From the human T2T-CHM13v2.0 reference genome, Homo sapiens, in NCBI RefSeq assembly GCF_009914755.1, contig NC_060925.1: a stretch of DNA of 64,000 nucleotides; one strand, 5' to 3'. Position numbers and translations under genes: made by a program. The stretch's first letter is position 1. Every line of letters starts with the position of its first letter. The notes below the pieces were generated by a model. That model saw only the letters and a list, made by a program, of their open reading frames with translations. It made no database searches and was not told the DNA's origin. Of the stretch, positions 61,401-64,000 are shown piece after piece.

Positions 61401-63181
61401 GGAATTGAATGGAATCATCGAATGGTCTCGATTGGAATCATTATCAAATGGAATCGAATGGAATCACCGAATAGAATCGAATGGAACAATCATCGAATGG
61501 ACTCAAATGGAATTATCCTCAAATGGAATCGAATGGAATTATCGAATGCAATCGAATGGAATTATCGAATGCAATCGAATAGAATCATCGAATGGACTCG
61601 AATGGAATCATCGAATGGAATGGAATGGAACAGTCAATGAACTCGAATGGAATCATCATTGAATGGAATCGAATGGAATCATCGAGTGGAATCGAATGGA
61701 ATTATGATCAAATGGAATCGAATGTAATCATCATCAAATGGAATCAAAAATAACCATCATCAATTGGTATTGAATGGAATTGTCATCAAATGGAATTCAA
61801 AGGAATCATCATCAAATGGAACCGAATGGAATCCTCATTGAATGGAAATGAAAGGGGTCATCATCTAATGGAATCGCATGGAATCATCATCAAATGGAAT
61901 CGAATGGAATCATCATCAAATGGAATCTAATGGAATCATTGAACAGAATTGAATGGAATCGTCATCGAATGAATTGAATGCAATCATCGAATGGTCTCGA
62001 ATGGAATCATCTTCTAATGGAAAGGAATGGAATCATCGCATAGAATCGAATGGAATTATCATCGAATGGAATCGAATGGTATCAACACCAAACGGAAAAA
62101 TACGGAATTATCGAATGGAATCGAAGAGAATCTTCGAACGGACCCGAATGGAATCATCTAATGGAATGGAATGGAATAATCCATGGACTCGAATGCAATC
62201 ATCATCGAATGGAATGGAATGGAATCATCGAATGGACTCGAATGGAATAATCATTGAACGGAATCGAATGGAATCATCATCGGATGGAAACGAATGGAAT
62301 CATCATCGAATGGAAATGAAAGGAGTCATCATCTAATGGAATTGCATGGAATCATCATAAAATGGAATCGAATGGAATCAACATCAAATGGAATCAAATG
62401 GAATCATTGAACGGAATTGAATGGAATCGTCATCGAATGAATTGACTGCAATCATCGAATGGTCTCGAATGGAATCATCTTCAAATGGAATGGAATGGAA
62501 TCATCGCATAGAATCGAATGGAATTATCATCGAATGGAATCGAATGGAATCAACATCAAACGGAAAAAAACGGAATTATCGAATGGAATCGAAGAGAATC
62601 ATCGAATGGACCCGAATGGAATCATCTAATGGAATGGAATGGAATAATCCATGGACTCGAATGCAATCATCATCGAATGGAATCGAATGGAATCATCGAA
62701 TGGACTCGAATGGAATAATCATTGAACGGAATCGAATGGAATCATCATCGGATGGAAATGAATGGAATCATCATCGAATGGAATCGAATAGAATTATGGA
62801 ATGAAATCCAGTGTGATCATCATCGAATGGACCCGAATGGAATCATCATCCAACGGAAGCTAATGGAATCAACATCGAATGAATCGAATGGAAACACCAT
62901 CGAATTGAAACGAATGGAATTATCATGAAATTGAAATGGATGGACTCATCATCGAATGGATTCGAATGGAATCATCGAATAAAATTGATTGAAATCATCA
63001 TCCAATGGAATCGAATGGTATCATTGAATGGAAACGAATGGAATCATCATCAGATGGAAATGAATGGAATCGTCATAGAATGGAATCGAATGGATTCATT
63101 GAATGGAATCAGATGGAATCATCGAATGGACTGGAATGGAATCATTGAATGGACTCGAAAGGGATCATGATTGAATGGAAT
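58401..63181 (+). repeat. Block matching about 3341-8121 at an offset of 55,060 bp (31 units)
   Basis: The same rare variants appear in the same order: ATCATCAAATGGTCTC, CATCAAATAAAA, GGACACGAA, CATCCTCGAA, then AAAAATACGG, then GGAAACGAATGG. Confidence 0.85.
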
Positions 63182-64000
63182 CGAATGGAATCACCGAATA
63201 GAATCGAATGGAACAATCATCGAATGGACTCAAATGGAATTATCCTCAAATGGAATCGAATGGAATTATCGAATGCAATCGAATGGAATTATCGAATGCA
63301 ATCGAATAGAATCATCGAATGGACTCGAATGGAATCATCGAATGGAATGGAGTGGAACAGTCAATGAACTCGAATGGAATCATCATTGATTGGAATCGAA
63401 TGGAATCATCGAGTGGAATCGAATGGAATTATGATCAAATGGAATCGAATGTAATCATCATCAAATGGAATCAAAAATAACCATCATCAATTGGTATTGA
63501 ATGGAATTGTCATCAAATGGAATTCAAAGGAATCATCATCAAATGGAACCGAATGGAATCCTCATTGAATGGAAATGAAAGGGGTCATCATCTAATGGAA
63601 TCGCATGGAATCATCATCAAATGGAATCGAATGGAATCATCATCAAATGGAATCTAATGGAATCATTGAACAGAATTGAATGGAATCGTCATCGAATGAA
63701 TTGAATGCAATCATCGAATGGTCTCGAATGGAATCATCTTCTAATGGAAAGGAATGGAATCATCGCATAGAATCGAATGGAATTATCATCGAATGGAATC
63801 GAATGGTATCAACACCAAACGGAAAAAAACGGAATTATCGAATGGAATCGAAGAGAATCTTCGAACGGACCCGAATGGAATCATCTAATGGAATGGAATG
63901 GAATAATCCATGGACTCGAATGCAATCATCATCGAATGGAATCGAATGGAGTCATCGAATGGACTCGAATGGAATAATCATTGAACGGAATCGAATGGAA

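Larger units (their letters stand above)
1..64000 (+). repeat. Human satellite 2 (HSat2/HSATII) tandem array, about 36 copies of a 1776-bp unit, most likely the chr1q12 1.77-kb family (HSat2A2-type)
   Basis: Seen: the sequence is degenerate GGAAT/CGAAT with ATCATCGAATGGAATCGAATGGA-type monomers (CATTCGATTC on the minus strand, diagnostic of HSat2 rather than HSat3). Landmarks recur every 1776 bp (257, 2033, 3809 ... 26897), shifted only by -1 at about 27045, +5 at about 58065 and -49 at about 63181. Knowledge: a 1.77-kb EcoRI HSat2 unit characterises 1q12 (pUC1.77 probe). The family call is secure; chromosome and subfamily are less so. Confidence 0.97.

Noticed and set aside
257-63977. Roughly 280 plus-strand ORFs of 61-163 aa (MESSSNEL..., MELSSNGI..., MKLKWMDS...)
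   Set aside because: They are translations of the GGAAT satellite (MEWNG-like low complexity), overlap in several frames, and are opened or closed freely by unit variants. There is no domain, promoter or splice evidence.
1-64000. CRISPR-like repeat-spacer array
   Set aside because: There are no unique spacers, no constant direct repeat and no cas genes. All sequence is satellite-derived.
1-64000. HSat3/DYZ1 or alpha satellite identity
   Set aside because: Pure (GGAAT)n runs reach only about 3 copies, CATCATCGAAT monomers dominate, and the period is 1776 bp. There is no 171-bp periodicity, and the 3552-bp offsets are simply two units.
1-64000. Embedded transposon, inversion or unique-sequence island
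   Set aside because: Unit spacing is fully accounted for by 1776 bp with -1, +5 and -49 changes, leaving no room for an insertion. No CATTC-strand segment was seen.
1-64000. A previously undescribed biological system
   Set aside because: Nothing beyond a well-known satellite family is supported. The variant patterns are explained by ordinary tandem-repeat turnover.

Overview
The entire 64-kb window is one uninterrupted, single-orientation tandem array of human satellite 2 (HSat2/HSATII), read on the GGAAT strand. It holds about 36 copies of a 1776-bp unit built from degenerate 23/26-bp monomers, with one EcoRI site per unit. This matches the classical 1.77-kb HSat2 repeat of chromosome 1q12 heterochromatin; that assignment is from recall, not from a search. 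All listed ORFs are artefacts of the repeat. I find no gene, RNA gene, transposon or CRISPR array, and no evidence of a new biological system. What is worth a second look is the array's internal history, read from unit-specific variants: a 468-bp tandem duplication inside every unit, an incipient three-unit higher-order pattern, 3.55-kb dimer duplications, a multi-unit block repeated 55,060 bp away, and a final unit whose apparent 49-bp deletion is probably a 1,825-bp deletion fusing two unit types. Units are numbered U1-U36 from the 'MESSSNELTA' pseudo-ORF starts (257, 2033, 3809 ... 62421). Variants were tabulated by eye and may be incomplete.
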